NCBI RefSeq assembly: GCF_018977255.1
Contig: NW_024704743.1
Span: 66,528,001-66,592,000 of the forward strand
Source of the DNA: Callorhinchus milii
Taxonomy: Eukaryota
Length of the DNA stretch: 64,000 bases
Direction of reading: 5' to 3'
Shown: one piece after another, positions 1 to 11,540 of the stretch
Position numbering within the stretch: the stretch's first letter is position 1
Layout of the letters: the number at the start of each line of letters is the position of its first letter
The notes under the pieces: generated by a model
Seen by the model: the letters and a program-made list of their open reading frames with translations, nothing else
What the model was told of the DNA's origin: nothing
The model's database searches: none
Program-made: the position numbers and the translations under genes

Positions 1-1427
1 ATCAACGTCAGGAAAGGTGTAACTGACAGTATCTGGATAAATAAGTTTAAGTTTACACTATATGTTGCTGTGAGGTCCCATCTGCCTGTTCAGGTGGATG
101 TTAAATATCTCAAGATTCCCAGTATCCTGACCAACAATCATTCAGTTAAAATTCAGCAATCACTTCAGGGCTGTTTTTAGGACCTTGCAATGTGCAAATT
201 GAAAGCTGTGTTTGCCTGCAAATAAGACAGTCACTACACTTCATAGCAATTACATGGCAAGCATTGTGAAACGTTTTGATACTAGAAGTGCTACATATAA
301 TGCAAGGATTATTATTATTATGCGCAGCCCCAGAGAGAAACTACCACAATGAGCATCTTTCCAGTATTCTCTTCAATGGTAAATGTTCAATTAGGGTTAG
401 AAAGGAAAACAATTTAAATTAATCAAATATTTTATCCATAATGATATTTTCTGAACATTTTGAAATATTTTTAGTTTAAAATCATGGTATGGTTTCCTTG
501 GAGATCTATTAAATATGTTAATTGCATAGCTAAAAACAAGCAATTCACTTTATAGTATATTTTGTGAAGCACTTTGAAATGTCTCAACAACACGATGAGG
601 TGCTATATCAACTGCAAGGACTATTATTATTATTATAAATACATAGAAAGTTGCAGCACGGAAACAGACATTTTTGCCCAACTAGCCCGTGCTGTTGTTT
701 ATACTCCACACAAGCCTCCATTCTCCTCATCCTCTCTCCCATACCTCTCCATTCCCTTCTCCCTCAGATTATCATCAAGTTTTCTCCTAAATACGTTGTT
801 TTTTTTGCTTCAACTGCAACTTCCGGTAGTCAGATCCAAAAGTATCTGATTAAGAAACTATTATTAGAGAGCATTTTTTTTTATTCTACCTTAAGACCTT
901 CCTCTTTAACCATGGATTCAGTCAAATGTCCCCCCTCCCCGACTTGGCTCCCACCCCCAACTCGGGTGCCGTGCCATAATGACCAAGCATCTTGGGACAT
1001 CCTCCCAATGTGAAAGGCATTATATGAATGTAAATTTATATTATAACTTATCACTGAGTATGTTCAGTCCCAGGTGAATATTGTGCTCAAGAGATATCTG
1101 AATGGACCACTGAGTACATTAAGACACTGGGCTGCTACACATCCCCCACCTTTCCCACTCCACTCTCGGCGGTCAGGTATTCAGCCTTTCCACCCCCACC
1201 CTCTGGCACTCCATCCCAGAGCCCCTCCCTTGCCTCATTCAAGGTCCATCTTAAGACCTTCCATTTCAACCATGCCTTCAGTCATCTTCCCTCCTCCACC
1301 TCCTTTGCTCTCAACCCCTCTCTGATCCCAAACCACAGCTCAGGTTCAAAATCCTCATTGTCCAGTGCATTGGGACGTCCTCTCGACGTGAAAGCTCTAT
1401 ATAAATCCAATTTGTTATTGTTATAAC

Positions 1428-1796
1428 AATAATAATAATTCTTGCATTTCATATAGCACCTCATCATGTCTTCAAGACATCTCAAAGCACTTCACTTTAT
1501 ACCGTAAAGTAAATTGACTGTATTGTGAGCGAAACGTGGCAGCCAATTGCGCACAGCAGTGTCCCACAAACAGTTGTGGATTGAGTGACCAATTTATTGG
1601 GGTTTTTTAGAAGAAATTATTACCCCGCAGAAAAGCGATCTGCCAATCGACTGATAACCAGGTTCCTACTTACTGCAAGGTAAACAGAGGCGTGTGGAGT
1701 AAGGAAACTTGCCCAGCATTTCGCCCTGCTGGGAATCGGACCCAGGTCTTTCGCTTGTGAGGCAAGTGCTCTAACCACTGAGTTACAAGACTCCAC
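1428..1796 (-). mobile_element. tRNA-derived SINE, full length, long-form subfamily
   Basis: tRNA-like head with A/B-box-like motifs, Deu-like body, LINE-like tail and (ATT)n end. Carries an extra ~65-nt internal segment compared with the short-form copies. Confidence 0.9.
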
Positions 1797-3149
1797 AATG
1801 GAATTTACATTTATGGAGAACAAGATATATATAGGGTTGTTCTTGAATTCAGTGGGAATGCCATCCCTTCTTGTCTTTTGTAATGTGCAGGACAGTTTCC
1901 CGTGCAAAATTCTTTACCTGTAATCAGTCATTTACTTTATTCTGTCTATCAAAGCAAACTTATCATTCACAGTAATAATCCTTGATATAGAATTTTTCAC
2001 ATTGGGTGGAAGTCTCAAAGCACCTCTCAGGATTTTTACTGTCAAGTGATTAGTGTATTTTTTAGGTGAATGCGGAAACCAATGTGTTACAAACAGCCAT
2101 CAAATGAATAACCATTTTCTTCCTGGGGCATTACTGTTCAGGACACCGGGAGAAACTCTCTTCACTTTTCAAATAGTGATATGGGATGTTAATGCTCTCC
2201 CAAACAGGAGGCAGGACCTCAGTTAGATGTTTCCCAAGTACAGCATCTCTAACAAAGCATTGCACCCAGCACTCCATTGGACTGTCAGCTGAAGCTGTGT
2301 GAGTTCAAAGTCCTGATGTTGGCCTTCAACCCACAATTGAATAGTGAATGACTAATTTGATAATGATTTGCCTGCATTTTTCAAGTGAATTTGTCCTTCA
2401 CCAAACCAACAAAGGGGTTACATCAGTACTGTATTATATGGCATGAAATGTGTCCCTTAACCCATCTTTTTGCAAATTATCAAAACAAATAGGTTAAGGG
2501 ACACTATAGTCTTTCTCCAATAGTTCTCTTTTTGAAGACTATAAATATATAAAAGGCGTTTTATGAATCACAAGTCAACAGAAAATCAACATTTCTTCAA
2601 ACATCCTTCCAGCTGTTTTGTGATGTTCTCCCATTATATGGCACAGGTTAGAGACCCTTTTGGATTCTATAAATACTGCGTAAACCTATCGATTCGCCAA
2701 CAAAAGAAAACGCTTCGGGAGATATGAGTATTGTGTATCAATGCGAGTGTTTGTAGAAGGTCACAGCTGGGGACTTGGTTAGGTTGTTGTGAGTTAGGAT
2801 TTCATGGGATAAAAGGGGATCTAATTGCAAGCGACAAAAAAAGGCATTCAGCATCTGCCAAGCTTCAATCTGCCCAACTTCTATAGTTTAAAACCGGGAT
2901 CGAGACTTGTTATTTTTCCTGCGTTATTATATTTTGCCTGTTCAGTAATTAAATGCAGTAGGGCTCAAGTTTCACGTTGCACTTTCCATATTTTTTAAAA
3001 ATGTTTTGGGTTAAATTTGTTTAACGTCCTTGTAGGAATAGACCTTTTTTTTACACAAAAAACAATTCTTTAATCTTGCATTTTCATTCCCCTTTTCACA
3101 CTTCACTATTGCATGTTTTTCTTCGGTTCTTTCCTTTTAAGGATGAGGT

Positions 3150-3202
3150 TTCTCTCTCTTTCTCTCTCTCTCTCACTCTCTCTCTCTCTCTCTCTCTCTC
3201 TC
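3150..3202. repeat. (CT)n microsatellite in ADCY1 intron 2
   Basis: tctctctc run. Confidence 0.95.
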
Positions 3203-3241
3203 AATGCTCCACCTCTGTGTTTCAGATCGAACCCACTTTAC

Positions 3242-3391
3242 CTGTTTCTCGTTCTCATCTTCTAAGCGGAGTCGCTCCTCGATGTAGTTCCTGGCTTGGA
3301 GAAAGGCTTTCCTCTGTGCCCTCTCAGTCAGTATCCTCACAAACACCCCGGACACGTTCACACTGGCAAACAGAACAGCGTTGGCCACAAG
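3242..3391 (-). CDS. ADCY1: Adenylate cyclase type 1, coding exon 2 (150 nt; last M1 helix and start of the coiled-coil region)
   Basis: LVANAVLFASVNVSGVFVRILTERAQRKAFLQARNYIEERLRLEDENEKQ continues ADCY1 in frame. Acceptor TCTCTGCAG precedes 3391 and donor GTAAAG follows 3242; phase 0/0. Confidence 0.95.
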
Positions 3392-3653
3392 CTGCAGAGA
3401 AACACAACAACGATCATTGCTCTTACCAGAGACACACACACACACACACACACAGAGAGAGAGAAACAGCTCGATTTATGAGATCTGCAATCACATATAC
3501 ACACGAGTGACGATGGCGTGTACATGAGTACACGAAGCACCATCTTGCATTAACTGAGCCTGTTATTTCGACCACATTCACCCTCTCCCTTCCCCAAGCT
3601 CTGACTGCCAGTGTTTGAAGCGCTCCGAGACGTCCTCCCCATGTGGAAAGCGC

Positions 3654-3694
<41 letters not shown>

Positions 3695-4295
3695 GACAAC
3701 TCGTGTTGTTATTGCTCAGGATCATTAAACCTCAATGCACTGGTTGTCGGTGGATTCTGTGCCTGTCCGAGGCTTCCCACTCGCCTCACTCCCTGAGTCC
3801 TCTCCATGGCTCGGGTTACTCAGTGCTGTGATGGGGCTTTGGCTGCAAACTTTCCTCGATTGCCCACTTGCCCCCCATGTGGCCAGTGCTTCAAGCCAGC
3901 AAGTGTTTCGAGAAATCGTCCCTCGATGCCAGTCCTGGTCCTGATATCAGTGCTCAAAAAAGCTTCAAGTAACCAATTTTGAATTGTCAGTCAACATCGA
4001 TTACATGGGTTGGCATTTTTTTTTAAAAAAAAGCAAAAGTTGATAAAGATTTGAATCACGTAGAGACGCAAATTAACTGCAAAGTATTATTATGGTCAGC
4101 AAAATCAGTTACCTCTGGTACTTAGGGGTTTGGGTTGAGGTTTAGCAGAAAGTTAATGATATATTCTTTCGACATTTGGGAAGTGACAGCCGTGTTTCTC
4201 CTCCCGATCCGTACAAAAATCCCATTCATTCATAAAAACAAGACCATGTGTGTCTTTCATTTTAATGTGATGGTTTCATGAGCTTTTGAGTCACG

Positions 4296-4478
4296 ATAAT
4301 AGTAATAATCATTGCATTTGATACAGCGCTTTTCATGTCTTCTCGACGTCTCAAAGCGCTTCACAGAATATACCGTAAAGTGAAGTGACCGTATATTTGT
4401 GGGCGAAACGCGGCAGCCAATTGCGCACTGCAATGTCCCACAAACAGTGGTGGATTGAAGTGACCAAATTATTATTGT
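4296..4478 (-). mobile_element. SINE 3' half (same family), inverted relative to the adjacent copy
   Basis: Reverse complement of the Deu-like body and tail of the copy at 4579-4905. Confidence 0.9.
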
Positions 4479-4578
4479 TCAATAGGTGTTAAACTGACCA
4501 TTAACACGGTGTGTGTGGAGCACCAGCAGCAATGTTGGGGATAAAGCGATTAATGGAGCCGGTGCTCCTCTATCATTA

Positions 4579-4905
4579 GTGGAGTCCTGTAGCTCAGTGG
4601 TTAGAGCACTCGCTTTGCAAGCGAGAGACCTGAGTTCAATTCCAGGCAGAGGGCGAAACCTTGGGCAAGTTTCCTTACTCCACACACCTAATAATAATCC
4701 CTCCAAAACCAAAATAATAATAAATTGGTCATTTTCAATCCATGACTGTTTGTGGGACATTGCTGTGCGCAATTGGCTGCCGCGTTCGCCCACAAATATA
4801 CAATCAATTCACTTTACAGCATATTCTGTGAAGCGCTTTGAGACGTCTAGAAGACGTGAAAAGCGCTATATCAAATGCAAGGATTATTATTATTATTATT
4901 ATTAT
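4579..4905 (+). mobile_element. tRNA-Ala-derived SINE, full length, short-form subfamily
   Basis: A box TAGCTCAGTGG (4590-4600). Anticodon-like stem-loop CTCGC-TTTGCAA-GCGAG (TGC). B box GTTCAATTCC (4634-4643). Body CTGTTTGTGGGACATTGCTGTGCGCAATTGGCTGCCGCG and (ATT)n tail. Confidence 0.93.
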
Positions 4906-5114
4906 AATCACTCTCCAGACAGGGAGAGAAATAAGAGGTGAATCCTTCACAAAGGCATTTGCAGTCGAAAAGTATCCCTTTGATTTGCTCCTGAATTTAC
5001 ATGGAAAGTGGGGTTCACTGCAGAGATGTGATCTGCACCTCACCATCCCAATGGATTCCATGTTGTGATTGCAAATCAAACCAATATTAAAAGAAGATTC
5101 AAGGGAGATATTTG

Positions 5115-5145
<31 letters not shown>

Positions 5146-5539
5146 ATGAGATATTTATCCCCTAACTCACCATGGAACCAAACTGCTGGCTTTGACCAGG
5201 TGTTCAGAGCCAAGTTGCTGCAGGCGGGTCCCTCTGGGGATCGTCCAACTCAGAACTTCAGCCCTTTAAACATGGGTGAAGTTTTTAAGCTTCTTTTTTT
5301 TTGGGGGGGGGGGGGGGAGGGGGATAAAAAAGAAAAGGCAAAGGCAAAGAAAGGCAAATCCTCTCTGCCTCTGTTTTAATGAAGAAATCAAACCCAACAA
5401 CGAAAAAGGTCTGGAACACCCCCTTTTAAAAAAAAGTTATGGCATTGATTTTTAAAAAAAGTAAGTGTTTTTTTTGGAGGGGGGAAGTGTTTGGAAGATA
5501 TATTGGGGCCATCATAATTGTGGAGGAGCAACGAGACAG

Positions 5540-5592
5540 GTGTGTGTGTGCGTGTATGTGTCTGTGTGTGTGTATATGTGTGTGTGTGTATA

Positions 5593-5627
<35 letters not shown>

Positions 5628-5766
5628 ATATGTGTATCTGTGTGTGTGTGTATATGTGTGTGTCTGTGTGTGTGTGTATATGTGTGTGTCTGTGTGTGTG
5701 TATATGTGTCTGTCTGTGTGTGTGTATATATGTGTGTATATGTGTGTGTGTGTATGTGTGTGTCTA

Positions 5767-5849
<83 letters not shown>

Positions 5850-5990
5850 CTGTGTGTGTATATGTGTATGTGTGTGTCTGTGTGTGTGTATATGTGTGTG
5901 TCTGTGTGTGTGTATATGTGTCTGTGTGTGTCTGTGTGTGTATATGTGTGTGTCTGTCTGTGTGTATATGTCTGTGTATATGTGTGTGTG
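5540..5990. repeat. Compound (TG)n/(TA) microsatellite, ~450 bp, at the start of ADCY1 intron 1
   Basis: Continuous tgtgtgtgtatatgtgtg pattern. Confidence 0.98.
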
Positions 5991-7300
5991 GATGGAGCTG
6001 GACTTACAGTGCGCCAGAAGCGTTGCCTCTCGGACGTCACCGAGGTGGCGGTCACGATGAGGTGAGAAACAGCCACCATCAGCCCGAAGACCACGGCCAG
6101 CAAGGTCCGCACGGGCAGGAGGGAATAGGCCACGAAAGTCACCAGCATGAGCTGCCACATGCCGCGCTCCGGGGAGCTGGACGGCTCCAAGCCGTGGGCT
6201 CCGAGCGAGAAGGGGCAGCAGAGGAAAGAAAAAGTGAAGGCGAAGAGCAGAGTGAGCTTGACGATCTGCTGCAGCTGCGTGACCTGCAGGTACTTGACGT
6301 TGGTCACGATGAAGAGCGAGACGAAGATGATGCAGTGCACCGGGTGGGACCCCTTGGAGATGGTCAGCCTGGGACCGGCCATCAGCTCCACCACGGCCAG
6401 GGTGGCGGTCATGACGATGAGCACGGCCAGGGCTTTCAGGGTGGCGGTCTGCTCCAGCTTCAGGTTGTAAGTCTGGAACAGGGACTCCAGCTCCTTGCAG
6501 TCGAACTCGTCCTCGCAGTCGACGGCGTCCAGCGGCGACCCGGGGGCGCAGGGGCAGCGCTTCCTCCTGGTCCTGACTTTGTGGAACGGCGCCTCCTCCA
6601 TGTCACTGCCATTCACTGCCGCGCGCGACCCTTCAGCGAGTGGTCCCGACTGCGGCTCCGGCGCTCCTCATAACGGAGAGAGAGAGAGAGGAGAGGGGGA
6701 GAGAGAGGGAGAGAGGAGGAGGTGGAGGGAGGAGGGGGGGGGGAGAGGTGCGCAGGAGCCGCGCCGGGAGCTGACGGCCGGTGAGGGGAGGGGAGGGGAG
6801 GGGAGGGGTGGGGGGAGCGCGGCGGCCGGACTGCTGCTCGTACCGCAGGGCTCTCATTGAGAGGGGGGGAGAACCGCAGCACCAGGACACGCACTCACTC
6901 ACTCACTCACTCACACTCACTCACTCTCACTCACTCACAGCAGAACAAAGTTGACGAGCTTGAGATCAGATGGTAGATTTTTTTTTACCCTCCTCCCTCC
7001 CTCCCTCCCTCCCTCTCCCACCCCCCACCCAAAAAAAAAACAAATGCCCCACCGGGGGCTGGAGACTGGTCGCCTGTGGTTCCTGCCTCACACACACACA
7101 CACACACACAGTCACAGACTCAGACACCGGGAGAGCTCAGAGCCGCGGCTGATCCCATCCTCACCCACAGCCCTGTCTGTCTGTCTGTCTGTCTGTGCTG
7201 TGCTGTGCTGTGGGGACCGATGAACGCCGCCGCCTGCGCACTGCCCCGAGGATACCACTCACGTCTTGTATCCAACAGCTCCCAAGACGGTACCAGGATA
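5990..7300 (-). promoter_or_regulatory. CpG-rich island covering ADCY1 exon 1, 5'UTR and probable promoter
   Basis: High GC and CpG density compared with the AT-rich, CpG-poor rest of the window. Lies over and immediately upstream of the first coding exon. The TSS is not determinable from sequence. Confidence 0.7.
6008..6601 (-). CDS. ADCY1: Adenylate cyclase type 1, coding exon 1 (N-terminus and first transmembrane cluster M1), 198 codons
   Basis: Translation MEEAPFHK...EFDCKELESLFQTYNLKLEQTATLKALAVL...KGSHPVHC...QLQQ...LLPVRTLLA...FWRT matches my recollection of vertebrate ADCY1 exon 1. ATG at 6601 is in strong Kozak context (GACATGG). An in-frame TGA lies upstream at 6670-6668. The exon ends at donor GTAAGTC (6007-6001), phase 0. 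Confidence 0.95.
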
Positions 7301-7319
7301 CTCCCCCAGGAGTCACACA

Positions 7320-7640
7320 GCCTCCCTCCCTCTCACTCTCTCCTTCACTCACTCTCCTTCTCCCTCCTTCCCTCCATCCCCCTCTCTCTCTCTCTCCCTC
7401 CCTCTCACTCACTCACTCACTCACTCACTCTCCCTCCCTCCCTCCCTCCCTCTCCCTCCCTCCCTCCCTCCTCCTCTCTCTCCCTCCCCCCTCACTCACT
7501 CACTCACTCACTCACTCACTCCCTCTCTCTCTCTCTCTCTCTCCCTCCCTCCCTCCCTCCCACTCACTCACTCACTCACTCCCTCCCTCTTTCTCACTCC
7601 CTCTCTCCCTCCCTCCCTCCCTCTCACTCCCTCCCTCTCC
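7320..7640. repeat. Pyrimidine-rich low-complexity tract (CCCT/CTCA/CT repeats)
   Basis: Direct reading of the sequence. Confidence 0.95.
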
Positions 7641-7904
7641 GCCTTAATGTGCAACAGATAAACACAGTGGGAAATTCACAGCAGTGGGACCCATCCATGA
7701 GCCCTGCGCCGCTCGCTGTCCCACCCCATCTCTGTGCACAAACAGTCAGGATTTTGCCTCAGATGTTCAGCACTTTTTAAACGACGAGGATGTCAGGAAC
7801 TCTCAGCCAACAGAAGTGAAAGGTTACTTACTTCCTGGCGGACCATAACAAGTCCCAGTTCCAGATCCTAACAGAACCGGAGCGAGTTTTAGTGAGAAAC
7901 ACAG

Positions 7905-7992
7905 AGAAACACAGAGAGAGAGAGAGAGAGAGAAAGAAAGAAAAAAGAAAGAAAGAAAGAACGAGAGGAAAAAGAAGAGACAGAGAGAGAGA
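7905..7992. repeat. (GA)n/(GAAA)n purine tract
   Basis: Direct reading of the sequence. Confidence 0.9.
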
Positions 7993-8352
7993 ATGAACAC
8001 GAGAAGCCTTTCAATTCATCTCGTGTTATATTTCAGCACATCCCTCATCACTCTGTTGTATGAATGTGCTTTATTTTTTTTTCGAACGAGACAAATATTA
8101 ACTGTGCGGATGGGACAGGTTCAGTCGCAGGTGTTGGGTATTAATAGGGTCATCTCAGTGGATGTGACAGTGTTGAATTCTCTCCTTAGACATGAAACCG
8201 CAGGATGGAGCTATGTTCTCAAGACTGTTGCTCTGACTGCCACCAGCCAGTCAGCAAAGCTCCCTGTCCCTGTTTCCATTCAGATTCTTTTCTTCTATAA
8301 ACGTTTCAAGTGTTTTGCTGAGCTTTTCCACCAGATTTGAGATCACAACACC

Positions 8353-8384
<32 letters not shown>

Positions 8385-10316
8385 ACACATTGGGGAACAT
8401 CATCTGTGGGCAGTTCATTTACCCCAATCCCCCTTCTTTAATGCTATTTTACAGTCGGACTAGTTTGTAGGCAAAAATACACTTGGTGCTGACATGCAAT
8501 CTAATTTTCCATCTCAGTCAAAATTCAGAAGATTTTTATTTTAGGAAATAGATCGAAATGTATAAAGGCAAGTGAGCACATGGTTACAACATTGAATGAC
8601 ACAATTATTAATCAATACAGTAAGTGTCCCAGCTCAAAGCCTGATTACACAGTTGCCCATGTGGTACACCTCGATTTATCTACTTGCATCAAGTGGTATG
8701 GCTCATGAATTGATCCGATTAAGAAAAAAAACAAAGAGTATTTTAGTCTGTGCTGGAAAGTATTCTGTTTCTCTGCAGGACAAGCTAATGTAGACACGTG
8801 TGGGGGCAAACGGAAATGCGAGTGTAAAACTAGAGAGCATCATTGCATAAATCTGGATGTTGTTCCTAATCTTCTTGCATCCAAAACCTAATCTGGAATT
8901 GACAGGCAAATCCTTTCATGTGAATAACGTTTGTCGATCAAATGGAGAGAACTGAGATTGTTGGGTAAGCATCATTAGCACCTGGTGTCCAAACACATGT
9001 TTTGTTCACTCTACTGATAGCTTTCCTCAATGATAGCAGGGCATCTTTGCAAAATGTTAACATCTCTTCCTTAATATATAATCTATTGGGCAGTACTCGC
9101 AGATTGTCAGGTAATTGAGTCCAGATATAATTGCACGCAGGCGGAAAAAATAATGCAGTATACTATATCTGTCTTACTGCATATCTGTCTTGTCTACTTA
9201 AATGCTTAACAGCTTAATGTGTACAACTCAAACTGTCATTGCGCTAAGCTACAACAGGTATACAAAGTCTTCTGTATGATACTGTATAATATTTAAAGGA
9301 TGAACTGTCTTCATTTGAAAAAAAGGAAACTTTACCAACATTTACGAAACCAGGACATACTGGGGTTTAATTTAAATTTGGTAATTCCAAAATATTGGTT
9401 GTGAATTGCTCAGAAATGTCAGAGGCAGATTACAAACTGTTCTCTGTGCCAAGGTCCATGAGTTGTGCAGTACAATGAATTTCTCAATGGTGGCATTGAA
9501 TTGTCAAAATCCTTAATTTCCTTAATCTTTAAGCGCTCTGGGACGCCACCCGGCGTGGAAGGCGCTATATAAATGCAAGTTGTTGTTGTTAATTTCCAAG
9601 TCAAGTGCAGAAACCCACTTCACAGATTGGGAATGATGTTGGGGATGGGGAGGGAGAACCCTTTGTCATATGTATAATGGATAATTCCTATTCAATACTT
9701 AAGGAATTTACCCTAATGTGGTAAATTGCATTCAAAGTATCATTTTATCACTTTACTGTGGCATTCGGGGCGAAAAAGAGGTAGTTGGCAATGGAATTCA
9801 CTACAAGTGGCTTTCAGTAGTTAGTGGAAAATTCTGCTAGTACCATTTTGGTTGACAGCTCCGAGATGTTATCCTACAAGAAGGATGCTATATAAATGTA
9901 AGTTGTTACTGTACCATTGGACTGAGATCTAATCCTGATGCTTGACTCAGATGAAGAGTAACCAAAATTGGAGTATTCAGATGGGTGTCTGACCCCATTG
10001 GATACATATAGATTGAGACTATATTGTGTTTCTGATCAAAAGCAATTAATTACATAAAGTCCTTGTTGAACGTATTGAAAATTACTTTTTTTGGTCAGCC
10101 GGCCATCTGATACATGCGGAAACCCATCGCCATGCTTCAGAGTACTGAAACCAAACTGAGGATTCCATGCATCCCACATATACATGGAAATTCCCTTTCT
10201 CTTTATTGAATTCCACTTATCTACTTACTCTGCTATTTGTGACATCTTGCAATCTTCAAACTTGTTCCTCACAGTTTACTATATCCCTAATATAGTACTA
10301 TCACCAAATTTAGATA

Positions 10317-11110
10317 CAACAACAACAAGATTATATTTGTATAGTGCCTTTCACGTCAGGAGGATGTCCTAAGGCGCTGGACAATCAGTTTTTCGGATCC
10401 AAGTGGGGGTCAGGAACAGGGAGGGTGGAGGGCAGGGCAGGAAGGAGGGTGATCGAAGGCATGGATAAAAGAGGAGAGTTTTGAGATGGGTCTTAAAGGA
10501 GGCAAGGGAGGGTACGAGGCAGAGGAACTGCAGGATGGAGTCACAGAAGGTGGGGATAGAGTGGCTAAAGGCCCTCTCAGCAATGGTGGGGGGGAGGTCG
10601 AAGCGGGAGACATGAAATAGGCTGGAGCCCGCTGAACGGAGGGAGCGAACAGGATGGTAGGGGGTTAGGAGGTTGCTGAGTTAGGGGGGAGCAAGGCTAT
10701 GGAGGGCTTTGAAAGCGAGGACCAGTATCTTGAACTGTGTCCTCTGTGTGATGGGAAGCCAGTTGAGTCAGGTGAGGATGGGGGTGATAGGATCGCGGAG
10801 CCTGGTGTGGGAGAGGACATGGGCTGCAGAGTTCTAGATCATCTGCAACCTATGGAGGAAGGAGTTGGGGAGGCCGACAAGCAGGGAGCTTGCTTAGTTG
10901 GGCCTGGATGTTATGAATGCGTGCATGAGGGTCTCAGCGGCCTTCGGTGTGAGATAGTGGCAAGGCCGGGCAATGTTGCGGAGGTGGGGAAGGCAGAGCG
11001 GGTCATGGATGTGGGGTAGAAAGGACAGTTGAGGGTCAAACAAGATGCCAAGGTTCCGGACTGGCTCAGTGAGGTTGTGTGTGTATCCTTGGATGGTGAT
11101 GCCGTCATTG
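10317..11110 (-). mobile_element. L2-clade LINE 3' fragment (degenerate ORF2 C-terminus and 3'UTR)
   Basis: Frameshifted remnants of the L2 ORF2 C-terminus and a (TTG)n tail. Confidence 0.85.
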
Positions 11111-11196
11111 CCTGAGGTGAAGAGGCGCTGACAGGAGGGCCTCAGTCTTGGTAGCGATCAGCTGTAGAAAGTTAGCTCTCATCCAGGACTGTCTGA

Positions 11197-11540
11197 CAAC
11201 AACAACAACACAATTGCATTTGTAAAGCACCTTTCACATCAGGAGTACGTCCCAAGGCACTGGACAGACAGAGGTATGGACCCGAGCTGGGTGTCGGGGA
11301 GGAGGAGGATGGAGTGCATGGGGGGAAGCAGGGAGATCGAAAGCACGGTCGAAAGGGAGGGTCTTGAGATGCGTCTTGAAAGTGGCAAGGGATGGGGCGA
11401 GGTGGAGGGGCTGCGGGATGGAGTTCCAGAGGGTGGGTGCAGAGTGGCAGAAGGCCCGCCCGCCAATAGTGGGGCGAGCGAGGCGGGGGATGTGAAGCAG
11501 GCCGGAGCCCGCTGAGCGGAGGGAGCGAGCAGGATGGTAG
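11197..11540 (-). mobile_element. L2-clade LINE 3' fragment
   Basis: YHPARSLRSAGSGLLHIPRLARPTIGGRAFCHSAPTLWNSIP...FKTHLKT plus tail. Confidence 0.88.

Noticed and set aside
4581..4650. tRNA-Ala(TGC) gene
   Set aside because: No proper acceptor stem or Pol III terminator. It continues into a SINE body and recurs as a dispersed repeat.
4513..4941. Recurrent ORFs ending [11 protein letters not shown] in several places
   Set aside because: Translations of SINE copies, not a gene family.
5426..6616. 396-aa ORF as a single-exon protein with a His/Thr-rich tail and GTG start
   Set aside because: It is ADCY1 exon 1 read through a consensus donor into a CA microsatellite. The ATG at 6601 is the better start.
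5439..6673. Long plus-strand ORFs (402, 208 and 180 aa)
   Set aside because: Antisense shadow of a GC-rich exon plus stop-free TG repeats.
6877..6890. REST/RE1-like site CAGCACCAGGACAC
   Set aside because: Half-site spacing is 1 nt rather than the canonical 2, and the right half is imperfect.
7076..7780. Ser/Leu/Pro-rich ORFs
   Set aside because: Translations of low-complexity CT-rich repeats.
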